NCBI GenBank assembly: GCA_023488685.1
Contig: JAMDDR010000084.1
Coordinates: 1,916 to 65,915, forward strand
From: Chloroflexota bacterium
Lineage (GTDB): Bacteria > Chloroflexota > Anaerolineae > J036 > Brachytrichaceae
DNA: 64,000 nt
Direction: 5' to 3'
The position numbers were made by a program, and so were the translations under genes. The stretch's first letter is position 1. Each line of letters starts with the position of its first letter. Shown here piece after piece: positions 61,654 through 64,000 of the stretch. The notes below the pieces were generated by a model that saw nothing but the letters and a program-made list of their open reading frames with translations, was not told the DNA's origin and searched no databases.

Positions 61654-61851
61654 CTCTTTTCCTCTCTGTCGATCGGTTCAAACGATGCACATGGGTATGA
61701 TCCATTGCCAGGTAGCAGTTTAGCGCAGCTTGTGAGATTGCGCAGAGTAGGGGATGACGCCATCTGTTTACCGTAATCTGGTACAACATGTCTCAATGGC
61801 CGATTGGCGACTGTAGATCGCTGATTCGCCATCCTTTTATGGAGCTGTTTC

Positions 61852-62958
61852 ATGATCACCAAAACTAAAATCGGCATCGTCGGATGCGGCAACATCAGTG
61901 GAACCTATCTGAAAGTTGCCAAGACGTTTGACATTCTCAACACAGTGGCCTGTGCCGACGTCATCGCCGACCTGGCGAAGGCAAAGGCGGCGGAGTATGG
62001 CGTGCCGTGCGCCTGCACCCCGGACGAACTGTTGGCCAACCCGGACATCAACATCGTCGTCAACCTGACACCGCCGGCTGCGCACGGCGCCATCGCGCTA
62101 AAAGCGTTGCAGGCGGGCAAGAGCGTTTACAACGAGAAACCCCTGGCTGTCTCGCGTGAAGATGCTCAACGTATGTTGCAGATCGCGCGCGAGCGCAACC
62201 TGCGCGTCGGCTGCGCCCCCGACACGTTCATGGGTGCGGGATTGCAGACCTGCCGTAAATTGATAGACGAGGGCGCCATCGGACGTCCCATCGCGGCGAC
62301 TGCCTTCATGCTTGGGCGCGGCCCGGAGCCATGGCACCCGAACCCGGATTTCTTCTATCAACGGGGCGGCGGCCCGATGTTTGATATGGGCCCGTATTAC
62401 CTCACTGCGCTCGTCAGCATGTTGGGCCCGGTGAAGCGCGTCACTGGTTCGGCGCAGGTATCGTTCCCCGAGCGCACGATCGGTGCTGGGGCCAGGCAGG
62501 GTCATAAAATCAAGGTCGAGACCCCGACACACATCGCGGGTGTATTGGATTTCGCATCCGGTGTGGTGGGCAACATCATCACCAGTTTCGACGTGTGGGC
62601 GCACCAATTGCCTCGCATAGAGATCTATGGCACGGACGGCAGCCTGAGCGTGCCCGACCCGAACACGTTCGGCGGGCCGGTCAAGCTGTGGAAGCCGGGG
62701 ACCAAGGCGTGGGAGGAAGTGCCGCTACTGCCCATCCGCGCGGAGAACAGCCGCAGCCTGGGTATCGCCGATATGGCCTATGCGCTGCGTTCTGGTCGTG
62801 CGCATCGCGCCAGCGGGCAGTTGGCCTTCCACGTACTCGATATCATGCACACCATCCATGATGCTTCACGTGAGGGCAAACACATCGAGTTGAACAGCAT
62901 GTGTGAGCGCCCGGCCCCCATGCCGTTGGATCTACCACCCAACGTGCTGGACCAGTAA
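61852..62958 (+). CDS. Gfo/Idh/MocA family oxidoreductase
   Basis: N-terminal [13 protein letters not shown] Rossmann motif and EKPLA motif. Confidence 0.85.
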   Translation: MITKTKIGIVGCGNISGTYLKVAKTFDILNTVACADVIADLAKAKAAEYGVPCACTPDELLANPDINIVVNLTPPAAHGAIALKALQAGKSVYNEKPLAVSREDAQRMLQIARERNLRVGCAPDTFMGAGLQTCRKLIDEGAIGRPIAATAFMLGRGPEPWHPNPDFFYQRGGGPMFDMGPYYLTALVSMLGPVKRVTGSAQVSFPERTIGAGARQGHKIKVETPTHIAGVLDFASGVVGNIITSFDVWAHQLPRIEIYGTDGSLSVPDPNTFGGPVKLWKPGTKAWEEVPLLPIRAENSRSLGIADMAYALRSGRAHRASGQLAFHVLDIMHTIHDASREGKHIELNSMCERPAPMPLDLPPNVLDQ

Positions 62959-63023
62959 CGTGTGAGGAACCTTGCGGAGCTCGTCACGATCCTTCGCAAG
63001 GTTCGATTCTGCTCAAACGACGC

Positions 63024-63051
63024 TTGACTTGCGTTTGTCTCGTCATATAAT
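63024..63051 (+). promoter_or_regulatory. candidate sigma-70 promoter of the TetR gene
   Basis: TTGACT - 16 nt - TATAAT, followed by the small palindrome GAGTG-GG-CACTC. If this promoter is real, the TetR start would be ATG 63074 rather than 63050. Confidence 0.35.
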
Positions 63052-63730
63052 GAGTGGGCACTCACTCAGTACCATGTCCCAGGAAGGATCGGTCGATTCA
63101 GCTAGCGATAAGGCGTTGACGTCCTCAGAGCAACGCCAACCCCGCCGGCGGCCTGCACAACGGCGCGCGGAGATCCTTGAGGCTGCGGCCGAGGTCTTTG
63201 CTCGTAAGGGTTTTGAGCGCGCAACCACCAAAGAAATCGCTGCCCAGGCGGGGGTGTCGGAAGGTACCCTCTACAATTACTTCGGCGGCAAACGTGACAT
63301 ACTGCTCGCATTGCTCAACCAGATGGGAGAAAGTGCATCTGCGGCCATCGCTCGTATGCAGAACGGCTCCTTTGAGGAGATGCTGGCGCAGTTATTGGCA
63401 GATCAGATCCGTATGGTGCACCGGCGTCCCCTCATGATTCTTCTGCTCCAACAAGCCGTGTTGGATGACGAAGTGGGCCGGGCGTTCGATCAGATGATTG
63501 CTGGGCTGCAACGTGAGACGATGAACCAGTTCGCCACACTATTCGCGAGCGGCAAGCTGCGCACCGTAGACCCCTTTGTGGCCGAGGAGATCGTCGGTAG
63601 CATGATGATGGGCTTGACGATTGGGGCGGAACTGGCGGAGCGAGGCTGGCACCACGAGCCACTTTCACCCGAAGTGCTGGGTAAGAGCGTCGTCGATGTC
63701 ATCATGAAAGGGCTGCGTGCCAGGACGTGA
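63050..63730 (+). CDS. TetR/AcrR family transcriptional regulator
   Basis: ILEAAAEVFARKGFERATTKEIAAQAGVSEGTLYNYF HTH signature. The start is uncertain (63050 or 63074; the longest ORF starts at 62972). Confidence 0.85.
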   Translation: MSGHSLSTMSQEGSVDSASDKALTSSEQRQPRRRPAQRRAEILEAAAEVFARKGFERATTKEIAAQAGVSEGTLYNYFGGKRDILLALLNQMGESASAAIARMQNGSFEEMLAQLLADQIRMVHRRPLMILLLQQAVLDDEVGRAFDQMIAGLQRETMNQFATLFASGKLRTVDPFVAEEIVGSMMMGLTIGAELAERGWHHEPLSPEVLGKSVVDVIMKGLRART

Positions 63731-63784
63731 AAGAGAAACCAATTCAGTCATATCCATATCGCTGAATGAAAGGAGTGTCTCGAC

Positions 63785-64000
63785 GTGTCAAAACCTGTTA
63801 CACCACAAGATTTCCCCGAGATTCGCTGGAAAGGCAACTGGGTCTGGGTGCCGGATGAGGCTCTTTCCCCCACCTCCATGTTCTCGTTTGGCACGGGTGG
63901 TCAAAAGAAAGAAGCCCATGCGTTGTTTCGCAAGACGTTTGACCTTGAACGTGTCCCGGCACGAGCACCGGCGCGCGTAACCGCGGATTCACGCTATGTC
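63785..64000 (+). CDS. partial ORF (5' end only), unknown; possibly a glycoside-hydrolase-like N-terminus
   Basis: GTG 63785 lies 9 nt after AAGGAG. My translation is VSKPVTPQDFPEIRWKGNWVWVPDE...ALFRKTFDLERVPARAPARVTADSRY, which runs off the window. The FRKTF...A.a.vtAd..Y pattern recalls rhamnosidase-type N-termini, but only weakly. Confidence 0.4.
   Translation, partial: MSKPVTPQDFPEIRWKGNWVWVPDEALSPTSMFSFGTGGQKKEAHALFRKTFDLERVPARAPARVTADSRYV

Noticed and set aside
1-64000. A defence island, toxin-antitoxin, secretion system or biosynthetic (NRPS/PKS/RiPP) cluster.
   Set aside because: None of the ORFs shows nuclease, ATPase, methylase or toxin signatures arranged as known defence systems, and none shows core biosynthetic enzymes. 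The only mobile DNA is the decayed ISL3 copy and the palindromic repeat.

Overview
GC-rich bacterial chromosomal segment (roughly 58-60% GC by eye), densely coding, mostly housekeeping and carbohydrate genes. No rRNA, CRISPR array, prophage or recognisable defence or toxin system was found. Left to right: a sucC-hisG-hisC-hisB string (minus strand); cinA-like; a GH-A hydrolase; an M20 peptidase; archaeal-type proS; a rhodanese remnant; a large membrane-anchored GH3; a GlmS-isomerase-like SIS protein; an MFS transporter; and small metabolic genes. The main candidate for a novel system lies at about 19.0-38.7 kb: seven large paralogous GT-C-fold membrane glycosyltransferase-like genes in three sequence classes. 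All seven end in the same ~100-aa soluble module, which is duplicated in one class. They are accompanied by a single GT2 polyprenyl-phosphate-sugar synthase-like gene and interrupted by acs, a thuA-like gene and a BI-1/YccA gene. Next come a coiled-coil gene, coaD, recG, degV, two LLM/F420-type oxidoreductases, infA and prmA. ppk1 is translationally coupled to an unusual ROK-kinase::GmhA-isomerase fusion. After that: tRNA-Leu(UAA), an MFS transporter, a short PurA-like gene, dps and a lipoprotein. A TipA-like MerR regulator is cleanly split by a decayed 1211-bp ISL3-family element whose 8-bp target duplication is intact. The window ends with an SDR, an unknown protein, an SRAP peptidase, an epimerase, an RraA-like gene, a Gfo/Idh/MocA oxidoreductase, a TetR regulator and a partial ORF. 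Several intergenic spacers carry odd short tandem repeats, many with 7-nt periodicity, and one carries a ~200-bp palindromic element built from GAACGGATT units. Gene content is reminiscent of filamentous Chloroflexota, but that is only an inference. All family assignments rest on motifs read by eye from the translations; no database search was run.
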